NCBI GenBank assembly: GCA_965249715.1
Contig: CBDFMP010000043.1
Location: 2,771-66,770 of the forward strand
Length of the DNA stretch: 64,000 nucleotides
Direction of reading: 5' to 3'
Source: Spirochaetota bacterium
Lineage (GTDB): Bacteria; Spirochaetota; UBA12135; COTS27
The translations under genes and the position numbers were made by a program. The notes under the pieces were generated by a model. That model worked only from the letters and a program-made list of their open reading frames with translations. It had not been told where the DNA came from and ran no database searches. Below are positions 28,952 through 38,505 of the stretch, piece by piece. Positions within the stretch are counted from its first letter, which is position 1. Every line of letters begins with the position of its first letter.

Positions 28952-30361
28952 CTAACGGGCATCATGGTTCCGTTCAAGAAAAGGGGAAACGTCATGCACA
29001 CGTTTAGGTGCCTGCATCTTAAAATTATCAAGAAAATCAATATTGAATTTTCCTTCACGAAAATGTTTATTGCGCATGATCTGCTCATGAAATGGGATGG
29101 TTGTCGGAATATTCTCAACAACAAATTCAGCAAGCGAACGTTTCATGCGGTTCATCGCCTCTTCACGATCCAATCCCCAAACAATGAGTTTAGCAATCAT
29201 TGAATCATAATTCGGCGGCACCTCGTAACCGCTATAAATATGCGTATCCACGCGCACGCCAAGCCCTTGCGGAAAATGGCAGCGCCCAATTTTTCCCGCC
29301 ACCGGTGCAAAGTCCTTATACACATCCTCTGAATTAATGCGGCATTCAATCACATGTCCGCGAAAGATCAACGTTTCCTGACGATGACTAAGCGACAGCC
29401 CCGCCGCCACGTTAATCTGCTCTTTTACAATATCAATGCCCGTATAAAGTTCGCTAATAGTATGTTCAACCTGAATCCGCGTATTCATCTCCATAAAATA
29501 AAAATTGCGTTTATGGTCCATAAGAAATTCAATTGTTCCGGCACCCATGTAGCCTACTTGCCGTGCAGCCTCAGCTGCTACAGTATTGAGTTTTTTTCGC
29601 GTAACATCGTTTAAAAAAGGCGATGGCGTTTCTTCAATCAATTTCTGCTTGCGGCGTTGAATAGAACAATCGCGTTCACCCAAGTATAAACACTGCTCTG
29701 CATCGGCTAAGATTTGCACTTCAATATGCCGTCCGCTTTCAATAAATTTTTCAAGATAAACTTCGTCATTGCCAAAGCTAACTTGCGCTTCGTGCCGCGT
29801 CACCGCATACGCTGCTTCCAATTCTTTCGCCTTGCGGCACAAACGCATCCCCCTGCCGCCGCCGCCATGGCTTGCTTTTAACATAACAGGATAGCCCAAA
29901 CGTTTGCCTTCCGCCAGCGCCTCCGCCAATGTTCTCAATAACTGCGACCCGGGGATGATCGGCACATTGCAAGCTTCCATCGTCTTGCGTGCTTCCACCT
30001 TGTCGCCCATCTTACGGATCAGCTCCGCCGATGGACCAATAAAAATCAGATTATTCTCACGACAGGCATCGGCAAAGTCAGCATTCTCTGCCAGAAACCC
30101 GTAACCTGGATGAATAGCATCGGCATTGGAAATTTCAGCAGCCGCAATGATCCTCGGAATATTCAAGTATGAATCACTCGGCGGCGCCTCGCCCACACAA
30201 ACACTACTGTCTGCAAAACGGCGATGCAAGGAATTTTCATCGACCTTAGAATAGACAGCAACCGTTTCAATATCAAGTTCTTTACACGCGCGTACCACAC
30301 GCAAAGCGATCTCGCCGCGATTAGCGATGAGGATCTTATTAATACGTTTTTTTGCCATCAC
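28952..30361 (-). CDS. accC: Acetyl-CoA carboxylase biotin carboxylase subunit
   Basis: 469 aa with KILIANRGEIALRV, the ATP-grasp glycine loop HGGGGRGMRL, and EMNTRIQVEHT. Confidence 0.95.
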   Translation of the reverse strand: MMAKKRINKILIANRGEIALRVVRACKELDIETVAVYSKVDENSLHRRFADSSVCVGEAPPSDSYLNIPRIIAAAEISNADAIHPGYGFLAENADFADACRENNLIFIGPSAELIRKMGDKVEARKTMEACNVPIIPGSQLLRTLAEALAEGKRLGYPVMLKASHGGGGRGMRLCRKAKELEAAYAVTRHEAQVSFGNDEVYLEKFIESGRHIEVQILADAEQCLYLGERDCSIQRRKQKLIEETPSPFLNDVTRKKLNTVAAEAARQVGYMGAGTIEFLMDHKRNFYFMEMNTRIQVEHTISELYTGIDIVKEQINVAAGLSLSHRQETLIFRGHVIECRINSEDVYKDFAPVAGKIGRCHFPQGLGVRVDTHIYSGYEVPPNYDSMIAKLIVWGLDREEAMNRMKRSLAEFVVENIPTTIPFHEQIMRNKHFREGKFNIDFLDNFKMQAPKRVHDVSPFLERNHDAR

Positions 30362-30403
30362 ACATCCCGTTATTCACAGTTTTTCAGCACTTACGTGCCC
30401 AAA

Positions 30404-30427
30404 CACAATAGAATTCACAATAGAATT
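30404..30427. repeat. Perfect 12-bp direct repeat x2 (cacaatagaatt) in the accB-accC spacer
   Basis: Read directly. Function unknown. Confidence 0.8.
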
Positions 30428-30457
30428 AATTTTCACCATCATCACTAACCATCATCA

Positions 30458-30931
30458 TTAAGGAAGCAACAGACGCATCAACGGTTGATGGTATTCGACC
30501 GGTTGTCCTTCTTCCACCAAGATTTCAACAATTTTACCGGAATGCTCTGCTACCACATCGTAAATAAGGTGCATAGACTTAATGCAAGCGACAACATCGC
30601 CCTTTTTGACTTGATCGCGTAGTTTAATGTAATGTTTTTTTGTGGAAACATTGTAACGCGAGAAAAAACCTATCTGTGGAGCAAGAATATCAACTTTCTG
30701 TTCACTTGGGGACATTTTTGTCCCAGCTTGCGGTTCCAAATTATGCGGGGCGGGTGCTGCGGAAACCGCGGCAGCTGCAGCCGCTGCATTGGCGTGGGTT
30801 GGAATGATCGCTTGACCGCTGCCAGGTTTCAAGACCATCTGCAAGCGTCTTGATTTAACCTTAATACTGAGCTCACGAACTCCAAGCTTATGCGCTGCCT
30901 CATAAATAGCAGTGAGTTTTTTTATATCCAT
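30458..30931 (-). CDS. accB: Biotin carboxyl carrier protein homologue lacking the canonical biotinyl-lysine
   Basis: The likely start is MDIKKLTAIYEAA at 30931 (the track ORF extends to 31039). It has an Ala/Pro linker and a C-terminal biotinyl-domain fold (GDVVACIKSMHLIYDVVAEHSGKIVEILVEEGQPVEY). It lies upstream of accC. Confidence 0.8.
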   Translation of the reverse strand: MDIKKLTAIYEAAHKLGVRELSIKVKSRRLQMVLKPGSGQAIIPTHANAAAAAAAVSAAPAPHNLEPQAGTKMSPSEQKVDILAPQIGFFSRYNVSTKKHYIKLRDQVKKGDVVACIKSMHLIYDVVAEHSGKIVEILVEEGQPVEYHQPLMRLLLP

Positions 30932-31056
30932 ACTCAAATGTACAAAAATAAGCGGCAAACGAACGTTTGCAAACAAACTTTTAAACCTTACGATAAAACA
31001 ACTTTTACAATGACTGATTAAACTTGGCACTAAACGCACTTATCGCGGTTATTTAT

Positions 31057-31065
31057 ATTATACCA
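31057..31065 (-). promoter_or_regulatory. Extended -10 element (TGGTATAAT) upstream of accB
   Basis: The minus strand reads ctaTGGTATAATat about 125 nt upstream of the proposed accB ATG. It sits upstream of the longer track ORF start at 31039, so it does not discriminate between the two candidate starts. Confidence 0.35.
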
Positions 31066-31242
31066 TAGACTATTTATCATCATATTATTGACACTCGGTC
31101 ACTCCTTAGCTGGATAGCTCTATTAAAAAATAGTGTCTATTAGTAAATCATAGTACAATACTAATCATTTATGCCAAACACATAACTTTCACAACCCAAG
31201 CAGCCGTTAGAACACTTTTGGCACTTTTGTTATTTTGTTATC

Positions 31243-31626
31243 ATGTCATTTTTACAAAGCTTAACAAGTATTTATTGGCTGCCAACACGCAAGCCTTTAT
31301 CCTTAGCACGCAAGTCCTTATCCTTATTACTGTTGTGTCTATTGCTCAGCAATATGTTCATTGCCTGTGGGAAGCCCTATGCGTTATCCACGCGTCTCGG
31401 TGAATTTTCTGAGTTACTTGATACGCCAACGCTTACCGCTTTCCAAAACGGCGAGCTAAGTACAGTCAGCGCTTATCTGACAAACATTGCCGCCAGCGAC
31501 GAAGCTAAGTCCGCACGTCTTAAGGAACTTAAAAAACGTGAAGCCATTTTGCTCTTCTCAGCTACACAAACGGCTGATTATTTTTATACACACTTTTATC
31601 TGCCCACACAAAACACTAAAAAATAA
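31243..31626 (+). CDS. Putative lipoprotein (hypothetical)
   Basis: 127 aa with a signal peptide ending in the lipobox-like NMFIAC/GK. Confidence 0.45.
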   Translation: MSFLQSLTSIYWLPTRKPLSLARKSLSLLLLCLLLSNMFIACGKPYALSTRLGEFSELLDTPTLTAFQNGELSTVSAYLTNIAASDEAKSARLKELKKREAILLFSATQTADYFYTHFYLPTQNTKK

Positions 31627-31672
31627 GGGGGCAGCGGTTATCCCACGCCACTTGCCACACGACTCACCAAGC

Positions 31673-32296
31673 ATGCCCCATTCCCCTAAGGACGCCCCCC
31701 GTAGCGGTGCAGCCGCAAGCAAACCGCAGCAGCGCAGTAGTACCCCACCGCCGCCGCCCAGTCAGGCGTTAAAAACATTGGCAGAAGCCCTGGAAGCCAT
31801 TCTGATCTTAGAATATGGCGTTGTTAAAATCAGCAAGCTAAACAAGCTCTTCAAATTAAAAGACACCACCATGCTTGGTCAAGCCACCGAATTTCTAAAC
31901 ACGCAATTCAAAAATCATGGTTTAGTCACACGCATTGAACAGCTGGCAGAAACATTAGAATTGCGTCCCGCCGCACCCCTGAAAAACGTTTACCTTCAAA
32001 GCTATCTTCACAAAAAACGCAAGTTGCCTGCTCCGTTGATGGAAACCCTTGCCATTATCGCTTACAATCAGCCCGTGACAAAAAGTGCCATTGAGCATAT
32101 CAGAGGCACCAAAAGCGCCAACACGCTTAAAACGCTGTTAGCTTCAGAGCTCATTGAAACCAGCGGGTACAAAGACGCGCCGGGAAAACCGCTGCTGTAT
32201 CGCACAACAACGCGTTTTTTAACATTTTTTGCCGTTAAAAGCCTGCGTGATTTGCCGCCGCTTAAAGAGCTTAAAACGTACAGTTTTCTAAACTAA
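31673..32296 (+). CDS. scpB: Segregation and condensation protein B
   Basis: Conserved ScpB block: LMETLAIIAYNQPVTKSAIEHIRGTKSANTLKTLLASELIETSGYKDAPGKPLLYRTTTRFLTFFAVKSLRDLPPL. The start is set at ATG 31673. The track ORF start at 31487 overlaps the previous gene and is probably not used. Confidence 0.8.
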   Translation: MPHSPKDAPRSGAAASKPQQRSSTPPPPPSQALKTLAEALEAILILEYGVVKISKLNKLFKLKDTTMLGQATEFLNTQFKNHGLVTRIEQLAETLELRPAAPLKNVYLQSYLHKKRKLPAPLMETLAIIAYNQPVTKSAIEHIRGTKSANTLKTLLASELIETSGYKDAPGKPLLYRTTTRFLTFFAVKSLRDLPPLKELKTYSFLN

Positions 32297-32339
32297 CACG
32301 CCCGTGCCTTTTGCTGGGGTTGTGCGCAATAAGCCAGCC

Positions 32340-32546
32340 CTACAGCTCAAATAGTCCCACCACCAGTCCCAACATCAGCAGGATGCCGATGAGGAAATAA
32401 GCTGCCGAACGATTGTCTGCCGCAAGTGCCTTCCGCAGATCATAAGCGAATAAAAACTTTGAGCTGCGCACCACAAGCGCCGCAACCAGAATCACGATTA
32501 TAAGATTAACCAGTAAATTACCTAACTGTAAAAACCAAGTTTGCAT
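32340..32546 (-). CDS. Small two-TM membrane protein (hypothetical)
   Basis: 68 aa with two hydrophobic helices. No other support. Confidence 0.35.
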   Translation of the reverse strand: MQTWFLQLGNLLVNLIIVILVAALVVRSSKFLFAYDLRKALAADNRSAAYFLIGILLMLGLVVGLFEL

Positions 32547-32619
32547 CGTAACCTCATACAGCCATCAGCTGCTTAATTTCAGTTTAAAACCCAACAGTTG
32601 TTTTTCCCTACCATAAAAC

Positions 32620-34068
32620 TCAGGGAGAATTCATTGCCTGCAAAAAGCCGGCATTGGACTTTGTGTTTTTCATTTTTTTCATCACCAGCTCAATAATATC
32701 AAATTCATCGAGCTTTCCCAGGGCATTGCGTAAAGCAAACATTTTTTGCAGGACTTCATCGCTGAGTAGGTATTCCTCACGGCGTGTGCCGCTCTTCTTT
32801 AGATCAACCGCTGGGAAAATGCGGCGCTCGGCAATACGGCGACTCAAGACTAATTCCATATTGCCTGTGCCTTTAAATTCCTCAAAGATCACTTCATCCA
32901 TTTTGCTGCCCGTTTCAACGAGTGCTGTGGCAATAATGGAAAGCGAACCGCCTTCTTCAATGTTGCGCGCGGCGCCAAAAAAGCGCTTAGGTTTATGCAG
33001 AGCATTGGAATCGACACCACCTGAGAGCACCTTGCCTGAGGTGGGCTCTACTTGGTTGTAAGCTCGTGCAAGGCGCGTAAGGCTGTCTAGGAGAATGACA
33101 ACATCGTAACGCTGCTCCACTAGCCGTTTGGCTTTTTCCAAAACAATGCGCGCCACATTCACGTGCCTTAATGCCGGTTCATCGAAGGTGGAAGAAACCA
33201 CTTCTGCGCGTACGTTGCGCTTCATGTCCGTTACTTCCTCCGGGCGTTCGTCAATAAGCAGGACAATGATATAAGCCTCGGGATGATTGGCGATGATAGA
33301 GTTCGCAATATTCTGCAAGAGAATTGTTTTACCGGCTTTGGGGGGTGAAACAATCAGGGCGCGTTGACCTTTGCCTATTGGCGCGAAAAGATCGATCATG
33401 CGCGTGGAAAGATTGCCATTTTCCAAGGTTAAGCGCTCGGTGGCATAAAATGGCGTCAAGCTATCAAAAAAAGCGCGCCCTTTAATGGCCGTTTTACTAC
33501 CGACCTCTTCGTAATTAACTGTATTAATTTTAAGCAGCGCAAAGTATTTTTCACTGGATTTAGGACAACGAATTTGTCCGGAAACGGTATCGCCCGTGCG
33601 CAGCGCAAAGTTGCGCACCTGTGAAGGTGAAACATAAATATCTTCCGGTCCCGGCAAATAATTATATTCTGGTGAGCGCAAGAAGCCATAACCATCAGAC
33701 ATTTTCTCAAAAACACCACCGCCATTGACCAAAACGTTATGGCGCGTGATGGCTTTCTCAATAATATGGTAAATGACACGTTGTTTCGTGATCTCCTCAT
33801 CGTCCAATGATACGCCGTATTGTTTGGCACTGTGAATGAGCCGCTCGATACTCGTGCGGTTCAGTTCTTCCAATTCCAGTTCACGCGCACCTTCCAGCTC
33901 CACAATGCCCTTGTTTTCCTTATATTTATACCGGGGGGGCGTGCTGCTGTGCGGCACTGCACGCGTAGAATTCAGCGGCGACGCACTGTCTTCCACCCTT
34001 TTAAGAATTTTAATTTTTTTAACTTTAAGTCTGTCACCAGACTCAGTTTTCTCTGAAACTTTATCCAT
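32620..34068 (-). CDS. rho: Transcription termination factor Rho with N-terminal basic extension
   Basis: 482 aa with the Walker A motif VSPPKAGKT, the RNA-binding domain (GYGFLR...[16 protein letters not shown]) and a C-terminal RecA-type ATPase. About 60 extra N-terminal residues relative to the 419-aa E. coli protein. Confidence 0.95.
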   Translation of the reverse strand: MDKVSEKTESGDRLKVKKIKILKRVEDSASPLNSTRAVPHSSTPPRYKYKENKGIVELEGARELELEELNRTSIERLIHSAKQYGVSLDDEEITKQRVIYHIIEKAITRHNVLVNGGGVFEKMSDGYGFLRSPEYNYLPGPEDIYVSPSQVRNFALRTGDTVSGQIRCPKSSEKYFALLKINTVNYEEVGSKTAIKGRAFFDSLTPFYATERLTLENGNLSTRMIDLFAPIGKGQRALIVSPPKAGKTILLQNIANSIIANHPEAYIIVLLIDERPEEVTDMKRNVRAEVVSSTFDEPALRHVNVARIVLEKAKRLVEQRYDVVILLDSLTRLARAYNQVEPTSGKVLSGGVDSNALHKPKRFFGAARNIEEGGSLSIIATALVETGSKMDEVIFEEFKGTGNMELVLSRRIAERRIFPAVDLKKSGTRREEYLLSDEVLQKMFALRNALGKLDEFDIIELVMKKMKNTKSNAGFLQAMNSP

Positions 34069-34655
34069 AATATTGATACTAAAAGAAATAGCTAAAATGC
34101 TGAAAGAACGCTCAGCAAGGTTTAACCATTAAATTTGCTGATGAAAACAATCGTCAAACGTACTCAGTGAAACACGACAAGGTAAATTTCCTGTGCCGCA
34201 CCCCAACAAGTTTTAAACGAATACCTGCCTATCATGCAATAACTGCGATAACGCATAGGGTCAGAATTTTGGTCCTGGCCAATAACTGCTTACACTGCAA
34301 CGAATGGCACATTTCAGTACATGAAGAAATGTGAGCTTCAACAGTGCCCATGAGTTAATTCTCGGAAATAATGATATTCTTATAAGTAATTTAAGTTAAG
34401 CCCATAACTGAGTCAGGCAGCTCACAATTAAAATTTTTATATCGCAAAAAATCCCACTCACCCGTGTACTAACACAAGCCTGCCCATCATCCAATTGCTC
34501 CATCAGCTGAAGCTCGTCTTGCTTGATTGGCCCCAACAAAATTGATAACCTAATCAAAGTACGGCGAAAAATAAAACGAATAAGGGAAAAACCTGAACAA
34601 CCATGCAAAGCGTTACAACCCGGCATACACCCGAGACCGCCTTGCAGCATAATAA

Positions 34656-34684
34656 AGTATATCATTAACCGTCAAGCCTGTCAA
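34656..34684 (-). promoter_or_regulatory. Near-consensus sigma-70 promoter for the rho leader
   Basis: The minus strand reads TTGACA-17 nt-TATACT with TG at the extended -10 position (ccTTGACAggcttgacggttaaTGaTATACT). This predicts a 5' leader of about 580 nt. Confidence 0.5.
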
Positions 34685-34727
34685 GGATAATTTTTACCCG
34701 TAAGTACTTGCAAAGAAATTCCTTAAA

Positions 34728-37700
34728 TCAATGAAATGATTTTTTGCGCAAACGCTGCACCACCCACTTGGCACAATCCCGTTCAATCCAATAAACAAGC
34801 GGGATCATACCCAATGAAGCCAGTGTCCCTACAGTAATGCCCCAAAACATCGCCAGTGTCATCGGATAAATGAAGGAATCTGCTGGATTAATAAAGCCAT
34901 AAACTGTCGGCATAATCCCCACAAGCGTGGTGAGTGTGGTGATAAAGATGGGACGAAAGCGACTGCCGGCACCGCTTAGTGCCGCTTGTGTCAACGTTGT
35001 ACGAAAATCCACTGTGGTTGTCTTGACAGTTTGTTGTCCTTGTTTTTTCATCAATCTGTTCATAAATTCAATCATCACCAGAGAGACATTCACAACTACT
35101 CCGCTGGCTCCCAGCAATCCCAACATTGCAAAAACCGAAAATTTAACACCGTGAAAATAAAAGGCTGCCAATGCCCCTAAGATGCTTAATGGAATAGCGG
35201 CCACTGTAATGAGCGGCTGAATAAAATTGTTAAACTGGAAGACTAAGAACAGATAAATAAAGAATGTGGCAGCGATCAAAGAAAAAATAACCGCATTGAG
35301 CGTGGAATAAGATTTTTCACTTTTACCGCTGATCACAAGTTCAAATCCCGGGTGTTCAGTCGCAAAATCACTATATTTTGTTCTGAGCTCCTTGTAAACG
35401 CTATTGGCTGTGGTTAGCTCAGGATCGAAACGTGCATAAATAGTATTCTGTCGTTCGCCATTGTGATGATAAATGGAGACTAAGGCAGTTTGTTCTGATA
35501 AGGTTGCAAGCTCACTCAATTCTACATTCACGCCGCGGCGATCACGAACAAGAATATTAGCCAAAGGATCAGCGGTTACAATGGTGTCCGTATCCAATTT
35601 GACACGAAAATTAGTGTGCGTATCCTGATCGCGCACGCTTGCAACCACCTCACCGCTAAAAGCGCCTCGCAGCGTTGCTCCCAAGGCCTGGGGGTCAATG
35701 CCTGCAAAAGCAATTGTATTTGAAAGCAATTCCACTTTACGATCGGAACGGAAAGCATGTAGATCACTGCGAATTTCTTTAAGGCCAAGCTCCTCCATAT
35801 CCTTAGTAAGCTGAGTCACCAGTTCAGCACGGCGTGTGTCATCTGCACCAATGACAGAAACCTCCACAGGATGTCCATATCGCAAAATCCCATCCGTATC
35901 AATATAATGCGCAAATGTAGCAAAATTCAGCTCACGCTCAGCCACACGGTTAAAAACAAAATCACGCACAGCTAGGATCGTCATATCACGATTTCCAAAG
36001 GCAGTGAGCTGCACCACCAGCCAAAATTTATCCGGTGCGCCGTGTCCTACAATGGCATAATAATTGTTCACCACACCAGGCGGCAACTCTTCAATAATGG
36101 CTTCCAGTTCCGCCACAACGCTGCTAGTTGCAGCAATCGTCGGTGCAGCGGCTACTGCACCTTCAAATTCTATAATGTTCGCCTGTTCCTCTGGAAAAAG
36201 TTCAAAATCGGTATTCAGCAAAAGCCACGTAGCCGCAGGAGCTGCCAAAGTCAAAAACATGCCTAAAACCAGGTAGGGGCGTTTAATTAATTGTTTCAAT
36301 ACTTTCAAATAAACCGCACGCAAAACACCAATCAGCCGCAACTGGCAAAACAATAACAACTTCAATACAAACGACAAACGTTGAAATTCAGCACGGCTGT
36401 GTGTTTCTTCTATTTCATAAACAATTCCATCGGCACTGCCATTTGCCATGGCAGTGGCGGGCGCATGGCTTGCCGCCGCCCGTGCGGGCTGTCTGGTTTT
36501 CCAGCTTGAAATGCCCAAATGCGCCGGCAATAAAATGATGGCATCCAATAAACTTGCTGCTAACATGGAAATGGTCACAATAGGAATTTCACGCGCAAAG
36601 GCGCCCACACTGCCTTCAATCAAAAAAATAGCAGCAAATGCCGCCATAGTGGTGAGCTGCATAATGGCAAGCGGTTTCAACATATTTTCCAACCCCAGCA
36701 GCGCCGCCGTGTTTGCAGGATAACCCGCTTCCTTAAACGAATAAATATTTTCCGAAATAACAATTGCCCCATCCACAATAAGCCCCAGGGAAATAATAAT
36801 ACCGCATAAAGAAATACTATTGAGCGAAATGCCAATTAAATTTAATAAAATAAATGTGATGGCAAGTGATGTCCCAATTCCAACAGTCGTCCAAAATGCC
36901 ACCTTTCTACTCAGGAAGATTAAAAGCACTAAGAGGACAAGGATGGCACCAAGGGCGGCATTTTCATAAACCGTAGTCAAACGCGTGCGCGTTTCTTCTG
37001 AACCATCGAAAACCGTCACCAGCTGCAAATCGGCATTAGCAGAGTCCGCGACATATTCGTCAATGACAGCTTTAACCTCATTGACAGTTGTAATAATGTC
37101 TGCCGAACCTTTCAGAATAACATTTAGACCAAAGCCCGGTGTCCCGTTATAACGATGCACTTCGCGTAGTGTGGGCGCCAATGCCGGCACCACTTTTCCC
37201 AGCTCGCCAAGCCGAACTTCACGAACATTAGTGCCCTCCGGCACTAACCGCAACACTGCATTTTCCAGGTCATCAGGATAAATGGATTTGGTATAAGCGG
37301 TAATCGTGGTGGCATTGTTGGCGGCAGGTTCCGGTATTGGACTGATGAAAAAAGCCTGAGTAGCCGCGCGCACAGCTTGATTGATTTCCAGCAGCGAAAA
37401 GCGCGATTGATAAAGTTTGTCTCTATCTAGCAGAATATGGATTTCCTGGGGCGGGATATTAATTTCATCGACAGTGCCCACATCAGGCAGCATGGCAATT
37501 AATTCTTTGAGTGCCACAGCATGTTCACGTGCACGCAGCAAGTGACCTTGCGTTGAAACAATCCCCAATGAAAGCGCCGGTATATTCTCCGATTTAAGCT
37601 CACGAATAATCAGGCGGCTATTTGTCGAAACAAGCACCGGTACACGTGCAATCGCTGCACGAATATCGTCTTTTACCTCAGGCAAACTAGCGCCATCAGC

Positions 37701-38003
37701 CATAAAAACACGCAAGGTCATAAAATTGTCAAAGGTCTCAGACGTGTAGGAAGCAATGCCCGTAATCTCTTCCAACTCTATTTCCAAGGGCACCGTCACT
37801 TCTGCTTCCAATTCCTGAGCCACCTGTCCGCCCACTGCAACCGAAATTAATAGCTCACGCAAATCCACCTGTGGAAATGCATAACGACGCATGCTTAAAA
37901 CAGACATCACGAAAGCTCCCAGAATTACCAAGAGCAATGCGTATTTAACGTTTTTGTGCTGAATTAAATAGCTAACTAATCTGTGAACAATATCTTTAAT
38001 CAC
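34728..38003 (-). CDS. RND-family efflux transporter, inner-membrane subunit (AcrB/AcrD/AcrF family)
   Basis: 1091 aa with a GTG start. It shows the 12-TM/2-large-loop RND architecture and a conserved TM4 region (GLIVDGAIVISENI). No adjacent MFP or OMF gene is in the window. Confidence 0.85.
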   Translation of the reverse strand: MIKDIVHRLVSYLIQHKNVKYALLLVILGAFVMSVLSMRRYAFPQVDLRELLISVAVGGQVAQELEAEVTVPLEIELEEITGIASYTSETFDNFMTLRVFMADGASLPEVKDDIRAAIARVPVLVSTNSRLIIRELKSENIPALSLGIVSTQGHLLRAREHAVALKELIAMLPDVGTVDEINIPPQEIHILLDRDKLYQSRFSLLEINQAVRAATQAFFISPIPEPAANNATTITAYTKSIYPDDLENAVLRLVPEGTNVREVRLGELGKVVPALAPTLREVHRYNGTPGFGLNVILKGSADIITTVNEVKAVIDEYVADSANADLQLVTVFDGSEETRTRLTTVYENAALGAILVLLVLLIFLSRKVAFWTTVGIGTSLAITFILLNLIGISLNSISLCGIIISLGLIVDGAIVISENIYSFKEAGYPANTAALLGLENMLKPLAIMQLTTMAAFAAIFLIEGSVGAFAREIPIVTISMLAASLLDAIILLPAHLGISSWKTRQPARAAASHAPATAMANGSADGIVYEIEETHSRAEFQRLSFVLKLLLFCQLRLIGVLRAVYLKVLKQLIKRPYLVLGMFLTLAAPAATWLLLNTDFELFPEEQANIIEFEGAVAAAPTIAATSSVVAELEAIIEELPPGVVNNYYAIVGHGAPDKFWLVVQLTAFGNRDMTILAVRDFVFNRVAERELNFATFAHYIDTDGILRYGHPVEVSVIGADDTRRAELVTQLTKDMEELGLKEIRSDLHAFRSDRKVELLSNTIAFAGIDPQALGATLRGAFSGEVVASVRDQDTHTNFRVKLDTDTIVTADPLANILVRDRRGVNVELSELATLSEQTALVSIYHHNGERQNTIYARFDPELTTANSVYKELRTKYSDFATEHPGFELVISGKSEKSYSTLNAVIFSLIAATFFIYLFLVFQFNNFIQPLITVAAIPLSILGALAAFYFHGVKFSVFAMLGLLGASGVVVNVSLVMIEFMNRLMKKQGQQTVKTTTVDFRTTLTQAALSGAGSRFRPIFITTLTTLVGIMPTVYGFINPADSFIYPMTLAMFWGITVGTLASLGMIPLVYWIERDCAKWVVQRLRKKSFH

Positions 38004-38062
38004 AACAGCTACTTCTCACTTAAGCTTAAATGAAATGATACAAAATGTGTACCATAAAGTAT

Positions 38063-38071
38063 ATTATAACA
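38063..38071 (-). promoter_or_regulatory. Extended -10 element (TGTTATAAT) about 60 nt upstream of the RND pump start; duplicated at 38470-38478
   Basis: The minus strand reads gaTGTTATAATat in both repeat copies. Confidence 0.4.
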
Positions 38072-38098
38072 TCGACTGAGTAAGCTTGCTTCAGTTGG

Positions 38099-38353
38099 TT
38101 ATGGTGATGTGAAGTTCAGTGGAAACGGCACACGGCAGCTATTGATAAAATCACGTGCTGTCATCAACCGTCTGCCCGGCTGTTTCAATTGCACTAGCTC
38201 AAGCGGCGGTTCAGCTGCACCCAGCCACTGCATAAAGGGCAACGGACTCAGCAGCTGCAGCTCTGCCAACAAATAAGGCTGTGTTTCGATCCTGCAGACA
38301 ATGCCATTGCCATTGCCATCGTCAAAGGCGCGCAGTTTACATTGCAAGCTCAC
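38099..38353 (-). pseudogene. Truncated duplicate of the fmt C-terminus (84-aa ORF)
   Basis: SLQCKLRAFDDGNG...LSPLPFMQWL|GAAEPPLELVQLKQPGRRLMTARDFINSCRVPFPLNFTSP matches the fmt C-terminus with a 40-aa internal deletion. Confidence 0.9.
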
Positions 38354-38505
38354 TGCCGAATCGTTGACAGCAAACTATGTTGCGCGTGAACTGTACTTGG
38401 ACGAATGAGTGACCGCTGTTTCATCCTTAAGCTTAAATGAAATGATACAAAATCTGCACCATAAAATATATTATAACATCGACTGAGCAAGCTTGCTTCA
38501 GTTGG

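Noticed and set aside
30932-31039. N-terminal extensions of track ORFs for accB (to 31039), scpB (from 31487) and the 705-aa membrane protein (from 51875)
   Set aside because: The extensions are non-homologous, Cys/Phe-rich or overlap the preceding gene. In the membrane-protein case the extension contains the predicted promoter. Internal ATGs give N-termini that match the families.
34396-34665. 89-aa ORF inside the rho leader
   Set aside because: It is Cys/Gly/Leu-rich low-complexity sequence with no RBS and no recognisable family. It overlaps the predicted promoter and leader, so it is most likely non-coding.
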